Assembly (NCBI GenBank): GCA_002068415.1
Contig: MVZM01000003.1
Location: 40,306-104,305 of the forward strand
DNA from: Tenericutes bacterium ADurb.BinA124
Lineage (GTDB): Bacteria > Bacillota_I > Bacilli_A > ML615J-28 > CAG-698
Direction: 5' to 3'
DNA length: 64,000 nt
The translations under genes were made by a program, and so were the position numbers. Below the pieces are notes generated by a model. That model did no database searches. It saw nothing but the letters and a program-made list of their open reading frames with translations, and was not told where the DNA came from. Within the stretch, counting starts at the first letter, position 1. Each line of letters begins with the position of its first letter. Shown piece after piece: positions 47,471-58,134 of this stretch.

Positions 47471-48943
47471 TTATCGACGATATACTTTGACCCAATAATT
47501 AATTTTTTTGGCTAGTTGTTCATTCATAGCCGCTTTTTGGACACGCCAAATCCAGTTGCCTCCTAAAAAGGAGGGTCGGTTCATCCGGGCTTCACCTTTC
47601 AAAGCTAAATAATCCTGCATCGGGATGATGGCAATCTCACAAACGGATTTTAAACATTCCAAAATGGCTGTAAAACCCGCCTTTTTTCGATCATTAAGAT
47701 GTAAATAATCCATAAAGTATTGGTAATCTTTAGGGTTTAAACTATCAATCCACGCTTCAATCGGAAGATTATCATGCGTGCCGGTGTAAACAACGGCATT
47801 CTTCACATAGTTATGCGGAGCATATTCACTGTCACTGCGGGCATCAAAGCCGAATTGAAGAATTTTCATGCCCGGATAACCACAGTCATGGAGAAGTTGA
47901 TAAACTTCGGCCGTCAAAAAACCCAAGTCCTCAGCAATAATCTGGACTTCGCCCAAGATTTCTTTGACCTTGGAAAATAATTTCATTCCCGGGCCCTTCA
48001 CCCAATGACCGTTTTCCGCCGTTTTATCCGTGAACGGAACGGAATAATAAGCTTCAAAACCACGAAAATGGTCAATTCGAACGACATCAAACAATTTTAA
48101 ACTTTCCCTGATTCTTTCAATCCACCATTTAAAACCGTCTTTTTCCATCAAGTCATAATTATAAAGCGGATTGCCCCACAATTGACCGGTGATGGCAAAG
48201 TGATCGGGGGGAACCCCGGCCACACTAAGCGGATTCAGTTCTTGGTCCAATTGCCAATACTTAGGATTAGCCCATACATCACTGGAATCATAAGCGACAT
48301 AAATCGGCATATCACCAATGATTTTAATGCCCTTTTCATTGGCATAGTTCTTTAAAGCATGCCATTGTTCAAAGAACTTATATTGGAGAAACATCCAAAA
48401 TTGGATATCTCGCGCATTATCCTTTTGAAAGCGCTTAAGCGCCTTGGGGTCTCTTATTTTTAACTCATAATCCCAAAGATGCCAATTTCCTTCTGGCATA
48501 TGCTCTTTAATGGCCATAAATAAAGCATAATCGGCTAACCACATCTGGTTATCGCTAATAAATTGATTAAATTGATCGTGATTGCTCGCTTTTAAAAAGC
48601 GTTCAAAAGCTAATTTAAGAATCACAAAGCGGTGCTGATACTGAAACGAAAAATCAATACTAGCACTGGGATCTGTTTTTAAAATTTGATATTCGCTTTT
48701 TTTCAGTAATTTCTCTTTACATAATTGATCAAGGTCAATAAAGTAGGGGTTGCCGGCAAAAGCGGAAAAAGTTTGATAGGGTGAATCACCATAAGAAGTT
48801 GGTCCTAAGGGCAAAACTTGCCAATATTTTTGTCCGGCTTTCTTTAAAAAGTCCACAAATTGATAGGCTTCTTTTCCCAAAGTGCCAATTCCATAGGGAT
48901 TGGGTAATGAAGAAATATGTAATAAAAGGCCACTTCCTCGCAT
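47471..48943 (-). CDS. malQ: 4-alpha-glucanotransferase (amylomaltase, GH77). Start chosen at MRGSGLL with RBS GAGGAGG; the track ORF starts 13 codons earlier.
   Basis: LLLHISSLPNPYGIG N-terminus typical of MalQ. The RBS-supported start abuts the glucosidase stop. Confidence 0.85.
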   Translation of the reverse strand: MRGSGLLLHISSLPNPYGIGTLGKEAYQFVDFLKKAGQKYWQVLPLGPTSYGDSPYQTFSAFAGNPYFIDLDQLCKEKLLKKSEYQILKTDPSASIDFSFQYQHRFVILKLAFERFLKASNHDQFNQFISDNQMWLADYALFMAIKEHMPEGNWHLWDYELKIRDPKALKRFQKDNARDIQFWMFLQYKFFEQWHALKNYANEKGIKIIGDMPIYVAYDSSDVWANPKYWQLDQELNPLSVAGVPPDHFAITGQLWGNPLYNYDLMEKDGFKWWIERIRESLKLFDVVRIDHFRGFEAYYSVPFTDKTAENGHWVKGPGMKLFSKVKEILGEVQIIAEDLGFLTAEVYQLLHDCGYPGMKILQFGFDARSDSEYAPHNYVKNAVVYTGTHDNLPIEAWIDSLNPKDYQYFMDYLHLNDRKKAGFTAILECLKSVCEIAIIPMQDYLALKGEARMNRPSFLGGNWIWRVQKAAMNEQLAKKINYWVKVYRR

Positions 48944-48944
48944 G

Positions 48945-50660
48945 TTAATCTTCCTCCTCAATTTGGATAAGCATGGCTTCATAAGGCAATAGGGCGGGAC
49001 TTAACTGTCTTCCCTCATAATTTGCTAATATGATTTTAACTTGTTGATAAGGTATTGACGGTAAAGCCACCGTTTTTTTAGTCATATTAGCAATAACCAA
49101 AAGCCGTTGGTGAGCATAGCTCCTCATATAAGCAAAAAGGTCCGGATGTTCCATCCATAGTCCTTCATAAGTCCCATAAACCAAAACATCACGATATTGA
49201 TCGCTTTTCCGCAACGCAATAATCCTTCGATAGTAAGTAAATATCGATTGGGGATCATTTATTTGCTTCGCCACATTGATTTTATGATAATCACCAATGA
49301 TGTTCCATGGTTTTACCAAAGAAAATCCCCCATCGGCTTGATCACTCCATTGCATCAAACTGCGGGCATTATCCCGTGAAGTGAGGGCCGCCCTGGCTAG
49401 AAAAGCTTGTTCGTCTTGATGATGGCGCTTAACATTGATTTCATATTGGTTAATAATGGAAACATCCCGAAAATCAGCAATTGATTTAAACTCAGGATTG
49501 GTCATGCCAATCTCTTCGCCATTATAAATAAAGGGTGTTCCGCCCATAAAGTAAAGGACGGTCGCCAGCATTTTAGCACTTTCTTGGTGATAATGCTCGG
49601 GATCACCATATTGGGACATCAATCTCGGTTGATCATGATTGAGCCAATAGATAGCATTCCAGCCTTGTCCATATAAGCCGGTTTGCCATTTGTGGAAAAC
49701 AGCTTTTAATTGCTGCACATCGGTGGACAATTCTTTCTTGCTTTGGGCTCCCCAAGCATTGTTACACCAATTGTGGTCAAAATTAAAGACCATATTCAGT
49801 TCGTGATTCTTAGGATTGGTATAAGCAATCCCCTCGCTAACGGGGGCATTCCCCCCCACTTCACCAATCGTCACAATATTATATTTCGAAAAAACCCGTT
49901 TGTTAAGTAATTTTAAATAATCATGAAGGCGAGGAAGATTGGAATATTTGCTCCAATCCGGTTTATATTCATGATCGGGGAATAAGTCTGAATCCACAAA
50001 TTCAGCCTTCGCTAAGTGGGAAATGGCATCAATACGAAAACCGTCAATGCCTTGCTCGCACCACCAAGTGGCCATTTGCACCATTTCCTCTTGGACTTTG
50101 GGGTTTTCCCAATTTAAGTCGGGCATTTTTTTGGAAAAAATTTTCATATAATATTCTTGGGTGCGAACATCAAATTCCCAACAGCTGCCCCCGAAAAAAG
50201 AGGCCCAATTGGTTGGTTCAGTTTGTTGGCCGTCAATTATTCGGGGTTTTTTCCAAATATAATAATCACGATAAGGGTTGTTAAGGGACTTACGACTGGC
50301 TTTAAACCAGGGATGTTCATCCGAAGTGTGGTTTAAAACCAAGTCAATAATGACTTTCATCTGTAATTGGTGAGCACTTTTGATAAGGGAGCGAAGATCC
50401 TTTAAGGTGCCGTATTCCCTTGCAACTCGGTAAAAATTAGCGACATCATAACCATTGTCGTCCATCGGGGAAGTATAAAAAGGACAAATCCAAAGAAGAT
50501 TAACGCCTAAGTGAGCTAGATAAGGAAGTTTCGCAATAATCCCCGGTAAATCACCGATGCCGTCATTATTGCCATCAAAAAAACTGCGTAAATATATTTG
50601 ATAGCCAAAGGCTTCTTTCCACCAATTTTTGTCCATAAGTGCTCCTAAAAAGGAAGACAT
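48945..50660 (-). CDS. GH13 alpha-glucosidase / oligo-1,6-glucosidase (571 aa)
   Basis: GH13_31-type motifs (DLVLNH, GFRIDAI, GEV, HDQPR). Confidence 0.85.
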   Translation of the reverse strand: MSSFLGALMDKNWWKEAFGYQIYLRSFFDGNNDGIGDLPGIIAKLPYLAHLGVNLLWICPFYTSPMDDNGYDVANFYRVAREYGTLKDLRSLIKSAHQLQMKVIIDLVLNHTSDEHPWFKASRKSLNNPYRDYYIWKKPRIIDGQQTEPTNWASFFGGSCWEFDVRTQEYYMKIFSKKMPDLNWENPKVQEEMVQMATWWCEQGIDGFRIDAISHLAKAEFVDSDLFPDHEYKPDWSKYSNLPRLHDYLKLLNKRVFSKYNIVTIGEVGGNAPVSEGIAYTNPKNHELNMVFNFDHNWCNNAWGAQSKKELSTDVQQLKAVFHKWQTGLYGQGWNAIYWLNHDQPRLMSQYGDPEHYHQESAKMLATVLYFMGGTPFIYNGEEIGMTNPEFKSIADFRDVSIINQYEINVKRHHQDEQAFLARAALTSRDNARSLMQWSDQADGGFSLVKPWNIIGDYHKINVAKQINDPQSIFTYYRRIIALRKSDQYRDVLVYGTYEGLWMEHPDLFAYMRSYAHQRLLVIANMTKKTVALPSIPYQQVKIILANYEGRQLSPALLPYEAMLIQIEEED

Positions 50661-50685
50661 GGTGACACCACCATGTCTTTCCTAA

Positions 50686-51741
50686 TTAACCTTTTGTAGC
50701 TCCCGCCGTAATTCCTTGAATGAGGAAGCGTTGGAAAGCCATATATAATAATGTGATTGGCAAGGCAACAATTAAGGCCCCCGCCGCAAAGGTCGTATAA
50801 TTGGCTTTATCCTGACCGGAAATCATCGAGAATAATCCGATTGCTAAAGTCCAAACTTCTTGAATATCACCGGAATAATCCGGGCTGTTTAATAAATAAT
50901 TCGGTAACATATAGTCCATCCATGGAGCCATGAATTGGGAAACCGCCACAAACGAGAGAATCGGCACCGATAAGGGCAAAATAATTTTGGAAAAAATTTG
51001 CCACTTGTTGGCCCCATCGAGCATCGCACTTTCGTCCAGGTCTTTGGGAATCTGTTGCAAATAACCTTTAATAAGCCATAAATTAAAGGGAATAGCACCA
51101 CCGACATAGAGGATGGTTAGGGCCCAGGGCTTATTTAAAAGACCAAAGGTATCGAACAAAGTGAACATAGCAATAAGACCCATGAAGGACGGAAAAGCTT
51201 GGAGAACCAAAATAGTAATTAAGCCAACTTTCTTGCCCTTAAATTTAAAGCGGGCAAAAACATAGGCCGCACCGGTAATAAACAAGACCCCAAAAACCAT
51301 GTTTAAAACGGCAATGGTAATCGTGTTTTTATACCAATACCAGAATTTAGTTTCCGTAAATAATTTTTTGTAATTGTCCCAAGTCATCTTCGAGGGCCAA
51401 AAGGTCGTCGGTAAACCACTCGTCTTCGCAAAGGATGAGCCGACCAAATAAACAATCGGCACAATGACAATCGCCGCCAGCAAAATTAATTCCCCAAAAG
51501 TAAGTAACTTCATGAAGATTTCTTTGACGGAAAAAAATTGTTTCAATCCGCCTTTTTGAACAGCTTTAATGGCCGGAGCCCGAAAACAATGTATTATACC
51601 ATAAATAGGAATTAAAGACCAGAGGGCACCGCGATATCTTGAATAACCTTTCTTCTCATAAACTTCCGCACCAATGGCGTCTTGAGTAAAATAAACCACA
51701 AGCACGAAATAAATTAATAAAATTTTTAAAAATAACGGCAT
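50686..51741 (-). CDS. malG: Maltodextrin ABC transporter permease (MalG-like). Start chosen at MPLFLKIL; the track ORF starts 20 codons earlier.
   Basis: 6-TM permease with an EAA loop. The earlier track start overlaps the malF stop by 59 nt. Confidence 0.75.
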   Translation of the reverse strand: MPLFLKILLIYFVLVVYFTQDAIGAEVYEKKGYSRYRGALWSLIPIYGIIHCFRAPAIKAVQKGGLKQFFSVKEIFMKLLTFGELILLAAIVIVPIVYLVGSSFAKTSGLPTTFWPSKMTWDNYKKLFTETKFWYWYKNTITIAVLNMVFGVLFITGAAYVFARFKFKGKKVGLITILVLQAFPSFMGLIAMFTLFDTFGLLNKPWALTILYVGGAIPFNLWLIKGYLQQIPKDLDESAMLDGANKWQIFSKIILPLSVPILSFVAVSQFMAPWMDYMLPNYLLNSPDYSGDIQEVWTLAIGLFSMISGQDKANYTTFAAGALIVALPITLLYMAFQRFLIQGITAGATKG

Positions 51742-51742
51742 A

Positions 51743-54130
51743 TTAATCCTCCTTAAAGGCTCGAGTGCGGGAATAGTTCCAAGCCGCAATGGAGCCGACA
51801 ATGAGAAAGATGAGAATCGAGAACACCGAGGCCATGTTGTAATACTTCTCGTTAACAGTTAAAGTATACATCCAAGAAATTAAAATATCCGTATCACCCG
51901 CAAAGGCCGTATTATAGCCGTTGTTGGCACCACCTTGGGTAATAAAATAGATAACCCCGAAATTATTGAAATTACCGGAGAAAGTCATAACCAAAAGCGG
52001 AGCAGCGGAATACATCACTAAAGGGAAGGTAATTAGTTTGAATTTTTGGGAACGGTTAGCCCCGTCAATATCTGCCGCCTCATAAAGAGTCCGATCAATG
52101 CCAACCATAATGCCCGTCATTAAGGCCATGAAGTAGGGGAAACCCAACCAAATATTAACTAAAATCAAGACAATCCGAACAAACCATGGGTTATGCGGAT
52201 TGGTAAACCATTGAATGTTTTCATTCCCTAAATAAAAGATTTTCGGTAAACTTCCGGTTAAGAATTCATCAATGGTCTGACCGAGCATGCCCCAGTTTTT
52301 TAAAATATCATAAACGCCTAGGCGTTGCAAGAAGGCATTGACAACCCCGCTTTCATTAAAGAAGTTGGCAAAAACCATCTGGGAAATAATGGCCGGAACC
52401 GCCCACGGCAAAATGAGTAAAGTCCGCCAGAATTTCTTCAAAGGAACCCGTTCTGAATTGATAATAACGGCTTGGAAAAAACCGCCAAAGAAACAAGTTG
52501 CCGTCGAAAAGATAGCCCAAATAACTGTCCATAAGAAGACCCGCCAAAAGATTCTTCCAAAGGGAATGCCGACATTGGAGCCGAAATTAAAGATTAAGAC
52601 AAAATTTTTGAAGCCAACCCAATCGAATAAGCCGACATCGGCGGAATTACCGTTATAGGAAGTAAAGGCAATTAAAAAACCAAATAAAATCGGCATAATG
52701 GAAATAAAGGTTAGCACAAAGAGGGCCGGCATTAAGACGATATATTCGAAGGAAGATTCATACATCTTCTTAAAATATTCACGGTCTTTCACAAACACAT
52801 GATTATTGGCATATTCGTAGCTAGTTTTATAAGCATCATGGATATTCCAAAGATAAATAATCACAAAATATAGTAGTAATAATGTGGAAATTAAACCACG
52901 AATCAACAAATAGGATGAAATATGCCCTTGAATCGGCAAATTGGTTAATACCGAATCACCGATATCAGCAACATCAATCGCTTTTGATAATTTATCAATT
53001 TGGTAATAATCATTTTTAGGGGCTGTCCCTAAAGTGATGATTGACCAAATGCCTTTAAGAAAGAAACCGGCACGGTCATTAAAGAAATTATCGTAGGTTT
53101 TTTCAAAATTCTGTTTAACTTCCGGGTTCATTTCAAAATAAACTCGCAATTTGAATTTTGCAAAATCTTCCGGGGTATTGGTTTTATAGACCTTTTGAAA
53201 GTCAACAAAATATTGCGATAAATACTTCGAAAAAACCGTGGAACGATATTTTCCACCCCGACCTTCCGGATTAAAGAAACCGTAAACACTTGTCTCACTA
53301 TAGAATAAAGCATCGGAAACTTTCGCAATTTTGCTTAAATTAGCCGCTTCCCCGTCGTCTTTCATAATTCGTTCCGTCGTATTAATGATATTATCATAAC
53401 GAAGGGGGCTTAAAACACCGTTTTTATTAACCAAAACCTCAACATAAAATTTTGTATAATCATTATTACGATAGATATTCCCAGTCCGTTCAAGTTGATC
53501 AAAATTAATAATATCATTAGCCGTTAAGATATCATTTTCATCCTTAACATTGATGTAAACAAAACTCGGGTCAGTCGCTGTCCCTTGGTTATATTTATAA
53601 TATTCATCCCCGGCCGGTGATTGATAGCTTGTGAAAATCGGATTGAAGCCTGTTAATGAACTAATGGCAAGATCATCTTCACCGGGAACTAAATCCGAAG
53701 GACGGTCCTTACCCTTATTGGCTTCTAGGGCTTGCAGTTCTTCTGCTAAAACATAGTATTTGTTTTTGCTTCCGGCTTTAATATCCATAGCTAAATATTG
53801 AATCAGCTCTTCCGGAGTAAATTCATTATCTTTATGCTCATTATAAAAGCTATCAAAGGAAGCAATTGCCGGCATGCCGTCAAAACAATCGGCTTTATAG
53901 GAACTAACGAAACGATTAATAAAGTTTTGGTTAAAATCGACACCGGGAACTTTTTCATAAGGAGAATAGCCGGATAGATAACGACTCGTGCCAACTTCAA
54001 TGCCCACAAGAATCCCAAAAAAAGCAAAAAAGAATAAAGCTTTCCAGTATTGGCGATTGAAAACTTGGCCTAAACCCCAAATTATTCCCGAAGCAATGGC
54101 TTTAAGAATGTGAATTATTTTTCCTTTCAC
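51743..54130 (-). CDS. malF: Maltodextrin ABC transporter permease (MalF-like) with a very large (about 450 aa) extracytoplasmic loop between TM2 and TM3. 795 aa.
   Basis: The C-terminal half is a typical MalF-type permease core. The N-terminal half is hydrophilic between TM segments. Confidence 0.7.
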   Translation of the reverse strand: MKGKIIHILKAIASGIIWGLGQVFNRQYWKALFFFAFFGILVGIEVGTSRYLSGYSPYEKVPGVDFNQNFINRFVSSYKADCFDGMPAIASFDSFYNEHKDNEFTPEELIQYLAMDIKAGSKNKYYVLAEELQALEANKGKDRPSDLVPGEDDLAISSLTGFNPIFTSYQSPAGDEYYKYNQGTATDPSFVYINVKDENDILTANDIINFDQLERTGNIYRNNDYTKFYVEVLVNKNGVLSPLRYDNIINTTERIMKDDGEAANLSKIAKVSDALFYSETSVYGFFNPEGRGGKYRSTVFSKYLSQYFVDFQKVYKTNTPEDFAKFKLRVYFEMNPEVKQNFEKTYDNFFNDRAGFFLKGIWSIITLGTAPKNDYYQIDKLSKAIDVADIGDSVLTNLPIQGHISSYLLIRGLISTLLLLYFVIIYLWNIHDAYKTSYEYANNHVFVKDREYFKKMYESSFEYIVLMPALFVLTFISIMPILFGFLIAFTSYNGNSADVGLFDWVGFKNFVLIFNFGSNVGIPFGRIFWRVFLWTVIWAIFSTATCFFGGFFQAVIINSERVPLKKFWRTLLILPWAVPAIISQMVFANFFNESGVVNAFLQRLGVYDILKNWGMLGQTIDEFLTGSLPKIFYLGNENIQWFTNPHNPWFVRIVLILVNIWLGFPYFMALMTGIMVGIDRTLYEAADIDGANRSQKFKLITFPLVMYSAAPLLVMTFSGNFNNFGVIYFITQGGANNGYNTAFAGDTDILISWMYTLTVNEKYYNMASVFSILIFLIVGSIAAWNYSRTRAFKED

Positions 54131-54192
54131 TCTTTACCTCCAAATAAGGAAATAGGTGGCCAATTAAGGCCACCTTATTTCACTTTTGTTCA

Positions 54193-55512
54193 TTAAGATG
54201 CCATATCTCGACTGGCTTTATAAGCTTTTTCAGCCGTAAATGCTTCTGTCGCAATTACTCCATCAGCGTTCCAAATGTTTTTCATCATGGACTCCGCCGG
54301 ACCCCAATAATAAGTTACTTCTGGAATCGTTGGCATCGGTACGGAAGTCGATAATTGATCCAACATGACGGAAATTAATTTATCATCTTTAATACCGGTA
54401 ATAGTTGCTAAGATTTCATCTTTTAAAGCTGGGCAATCGCCCGAAGTACGATAGAGGATTTCAGCGGCTTGATCGGTTTGTAAGAACTCCACAAACTTCA
54501 TGGCCGCATCGGCATTTTTAGAATATTTGTAAACGGAAACCATTTGCGCACCAGCAAAGGTTTTTGGATTAACACCGTTGATGGAAGGAAGCGTAATATT
54601 TCCTAAATCAATTCCGGCCTTAAGGTATTGCGGAACATTCCATGGTCCAGTCAAAATAAAGGGTAATTTTCCTTCTTCAAACAAAGTTGAACCGTTGATG
54701 GAGTTGTGTGTTCCTGTTCCCGTTACTTCCGGTTTTAAATTATTGATCATCCATTCCATAGCACGGAGGGATTTTGGATCTTCAAAGCCCACTTGAGTCG
54801 CATCATTGAGATTCGGTCCAAACGGTGTCCAGCCAAACGCTCCATAAAAGCCTTGCAAGAAATAAGCATCCGCCCAGTGTGAGCCGGTAGCAAAATATCG
54901 TTGTCCTTCGTGAGCAGCTCGATAAGCAGCCGAATCAGCTAAAAAATCTTCAAAGGTTTTCGGTAAATCAGCTTCTTGAACTAAAGCTTTGTTGTAGTAA
55001 ATGGTGACTGATTCAATCGAAATTGGGACCGCAAAGAGTCGTTGCTCGGCCCCGGCAGCACATTCAAAGCTACCAGTTTCATCATCGTAACATAATGTCG
55101 CAATATTTAAAGCAACCGGGATAATCCGTTTTTCCAAACGCGTCTTCAAAGCATCCGGCAAAACATAAACTAAGTCATCTAAGATGGCTTGAGCCATATG
55201 GTCATGCGGGAATTGGAAGACATCGGCACCTTTACCGGATTTACCATAGGTTTTTAATTTTTCGCGAATATCAACCGTTCCCATGTGTTGGAATTCAACC
55301 TTAATGCCCGGATTTAATTTTTCAAAAGCCGGGATGATTTCATCCATAAAAACACCTTCACTGTCATCCATCCACACACGAATGACTTGAGCTTTAACTT
55401 GGGTTTCATCAAACTTGATTACTTCTCCGGTTGTCGCGGTGGTTTGTTCCGAGCAACCGACAATCATTAACATTAAAACAAATACGGAAATGATGCTTAA
55501 TAATTTTTTCAT
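54193..55512 (-). CDS. malE: Maltodextrin-binding lipoprotein (MalE-like)
   Basis: Lipobox MIVGCSEQ. SBP family 1. Confidence 0.8.
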   Translation of the reverse strand: MKKLLSIISVFVLMLMIVGCSEQTTATTGEVIKFDETQVKAQVIRVWMDDSEGVFMDEIIPAFEKLNPGIKVEFQHMGTVDIREKLKTYGKSGKGADVFQFPHDHMAQAILDDLVYVLPDALKTRLEKRIIPVALNIATLCYDDETGSFECAAGAEQRLFAVPISIESVTIYYNKALVQEADLPKTFEDFLADSAAYRAAHEGQRYFATGSHWADAYFLQGFYGAFGWTPFGPNLNDATQVGFEDPKSLRAMEWMINNLKPEVTGTGTHNSINGSTLFEEGKLPFILTGPWNVPQYLKAGIDLGNITLPSINGVNPKTFAGAQMVSVYKYSKNADAAMKFVEFLQTDQAAEILYRTSGDCPALKDEILATITGIKDDKLISVMLDQLSTSVPMPTIPEVTYYWGPAESMMKNIWNADGVIATEAFTAEKAYKASRDMAS

Positions 55513-55530
55513 TTTCTTTCTCCTTTCCGC

Positions 55531-57951
55531 TTACGCATATCTTCTTCTTCTAAAGAAGAAAACTAATCCTAATAATCCGAACCCGACCATAGCACTAGCA
55601 CTGTTGGCTTTGCAGCCTTTTTCCGGTGCAACAACGGTAATCGTAAAATCTAATTGCCCAACATTACCCCATTCATCAACAACTTCCAATCTAATTGGGT
55701 AATCGCCGACTTTATTCGTATCTAGGGTTCCATGTCCCTTCGCCACATAAACTTTCGGTGTAAGGTTAGCATCGCGATTGTCCGTAACGCGATAAACCGG
55801 GAAGAGGGATTGATCCCATTTAGCGCCCAAAGCAACCGTAATCGCGGCATCCGGATCAACTAAAGCAATCACCGGTTTTTCTTTATCTAAGTCTAAAGCA
55901 ATCTCAGCTAATAATTGTTTATCGCCCGTTAAACCGTTGTTGAAGTGCAAGGTATAAGCTTTGGTATTGTTTAAGGCATTGGCTTCCGCTAACTGAATAA
56001 CGAATTCATTAGTTGAATCAGCGGTCGTGTTATAGTCAATTTGCGCAATTGGCACAACTGTTGTTCCTTGTTTTAAAGTAAAGTAGGTTTTCAAATCAAT
56101 TAATCCCATAACATCACGAACATATGCCACATCACCATAAACATCGGTGAAAATTACTTCGCCACCAAAAGCAACGGGTGCAAAGTCAATTCGGGATTGG
56201 AAAATCGTTTCCACGGTGACATAGACAAGTTTAACTTGGCCAGCCGTCATGGTTTTGAAACCATCAAGATTACCGGAAGGATGTTTCTTGGTAGCATCAT
56301 CGCCCGCATAAATTAGTAATCCCGGATCTTTAGTGCCATCAGGTGTGAATTGCAATAAGGCGGCTTTGCCTTGGACATTGTCCGGTGACTTAAAGCCATC
56401 CTTAAACACCTTAGCCGGTGTTCCCCAATCGGTTTCCGTAAAGTTTTCCCAGCCATTCCAAGCATGAACGCCGAGGTTTTCTTCATAGGTGCCGGTCTTA
56501 TCAAAGTATAAAACCAAAACATTGGCTTTAGCCGGATCGGCAACATAGTAGGTTTGGAATCCGCCTTGGAAATAGTAGACATGAATAGTGGTCGCAGTTC
56601 CCGCTTTAATGGCGGTAACATCAAAATTGATGTGTTGGCCATCCGGGGTTTCCCGATGATTCCAACGAGCATCACTACCAATTTCGGCACCAATCGGAAT
56701 AATACCGATGGTATCCGCAGCATCATCGTCAATGTTGATTTCCATAACGGCGCCGAAAGCATCGACTCCCGTCATCGCAACTCCATCTTTAGTGCCGTCA
56801 GTCCCGGCATTCCAAGTCCATAGTCCTGTTCCCGTATAGTTTCCATCCCATTTTTGGTAATGGAAAACAACGCGCCCTTTTACATTTGCAGGAAGAGCGG
56901 TCGCCTTATAAGCGGGATATTCCGGTAAATCCGTCGGTAATTTCCAGCCGTCTTCACTCGGAACAACTTCAATTTTTTGACCGATTACTTCGTTAACATA
57001 ATAAGTTTCTTCACCGGTTTTTTCTTTCGTAGTCACCGCAATTGATGTTTTAACGAAAATAACCCGTGGATCTTTCGCATAAGTTCCATCAAGAGTTGCT
57101 AAAGCAAAAGGAATAAAGTCAAAGGTAAAGGCGTTATCAACAAATGTTTGACGCTTGTCAACGCCATCATAAACACTGCCGCCCGAAACATAAACGACTT
57201 TGACGGCTCCGGCTTTTAAATCTTTGAAACCTTTAATATCACCGGCCGAAGCATGTTTCTTCGTTTGATCACTGCCGGCATAAATTAAAAAGCCTGGATC
57301 TTTCGTGCCATCGGGAGTAAATTGCAATAAGGCCGCTTTGCCTTGAACATTACCCGGTGACTTAAAGCCATCCGAAAACACCTTAGCGGGAGTTCCCCAA
57401 CTTGGTTCCGTAAAGTTTTCCCATCCGTTCCATGCATGAACGCCTAAGTTATCTTCATATGTTCCCGATGGATCATAGTAAAGAACGATAACATTGACTT
57501 TAGCAGGATCAGCAAGATAGTAAGTTTGGTATCCGCCTTGGAAATAATAAACATGGAGTTCATTAACGGTTCCATTCTTTAAAGCAGTCACATTAAACTT
57601 AATGTGATAGCCATCCGGTGTTTCCCGAGAATCCCAACGCGAATCCAAAGTAATGTCTTTCCGAAGGGGAATTAAGCCAATTTCATCATCAGCGTCGGAC
57701 ATAACATTAATTTCATAAACACCACCAAAAGCATCCGTAACAGTACTTGTTACGGCACTACTGGTTCCTCCCGTTCCGGTTCCCCATGTCCATAAACCGG
57801 AGCTTGAATAATCCCCATCCCATAATTGGTAATGGAAGACCACTTTTCCAGCTGCCGTCGGTTCAGCAGCATTAATTTTCGTATCAATTGTGAAAAAGAG
57901 CGTTAATAAAGCAAGGATTGATACGAAAAGTACGATCAGATTTTTCTTCAT
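55531..57951 (-). CDS. Cell-surface starch-binding protein with two tandem about 300-aa modules, each with a CBM41/pullulanase-associated-like domain (VVFHYQxWDG...GLWTW). Signal peptide from MKKNLIVLF (RBS AAGGAGG). C-terminal GC-TM-RRRR tail.
   Basis: Internal protein and DNA-level tandem duplication (about 56280..56560 versus about 57250..57560). CBM41-like motif shared with the pullulanase N-terminus. Start refined from the track ORF start at 58002. Confidence 0.6.
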   Translation of the reverse strand: MKKNLIVLFVSILALLTLFFTIDTKINAAEPTAAGKVVFHYQLWDGDYSSSGLWTWGTGTGGTSSAVTSTVTDAFGGVYEINVMSDADDEIGLIPLRKDITLDSRWDSRETPDGYHIKFNVTALKNGTVNELHVYYFQGGYQTYYLADPAKVNVIVLYYDPSGTYEDNLGVHAWNGWENFTEPSWGTPAKVFSDGFKSPGNVQGKAALLQFTPDGTKDPGFLIYAGSDQTKKHASAGDIKGFKDLKAGAVKVVYVSGGSVYDGVDKRQTFVDNAFTFDFIPFALATLDGTYAKDPRVIFVKTSIAVTTKEKTGEETYYVNEVIGQKIEVVPSEDGWKLPTDLPEYPAYKATALPANVKGRVVFHYQKWDGNYTGTGLWTWNAGTDGTKDGVAMTGVDAFGAVMEINIDDDAADTIGIIPIGAEIGSDARWNHRETPDGQHINFDVTAIKAGTATTIHVYYFQGGFQTYYVADPAKANVLVLYFDKTGTYEENLGVHAWNGWENFTETDWGTPAKVFKDGFKSPDNVQGKAALLQFTPDGTKDPGLLIYAGDDATKKHPSGNLDGFKTMTAGQVKLVYVTVETIFQSRIDFAPVAFGGEVIFTDVYGDVAYVRDVMGLIDLKTYFTLKQGTTVVPIAQIDYNTTADSTNEFVIQLAEANALNNTKAYTLHFNNGLTGDKQLLAEIALDLDKEKPVIALVDPDAAITVALGAKWDQSLFPVYRVTDNRDANLTPKVYVAKGHGTLDTNKVGDYPIRLEVVDEWGNVGQLDFTITVVAPEKGCKANSASAMVGFGLLGLVFFFRRRRYA

Positions 57952-58033
57952 TTTTTCCTCCTTGAAAAAAAGATAAAAGAGAGTCTTACATAAACTTCTC
58001 ATACATAATTATTTTAACACTTTCTTGTTTTTT

Positions 58034-58047
58034 TGCAAGCGATTTCA
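58034..58047. promoter_or_regulatory. cre-like / LacI-family operator site 1 (TGCAAGCGATTTCA) in the divergent promoter region.
   Basis: Fits the cre consensus WTGNAANCGNWNNCW including flanking T and T. Imperfect palindrome centred on CG. Confidence 0.55.
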
Positions 58048-58120
58048 TTTATGTAATGGTTTTCATAATCAAGAAGTTTTTCTTTCACTTCTTTTCGTTT
58101 AAGAAAACCGTTCTTTTTAA

Positions 58121-58134
58121 TGCAAACGATTTCA
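58121..58134. promoter_or_regulatory. cre-like / LacI-family operator site 2 (TGCAAACGATTTCA).
   Basis: 12 of 14 positions palindromic. Direct repeat of site 1, 87 bp away. Confidence 0.55.
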
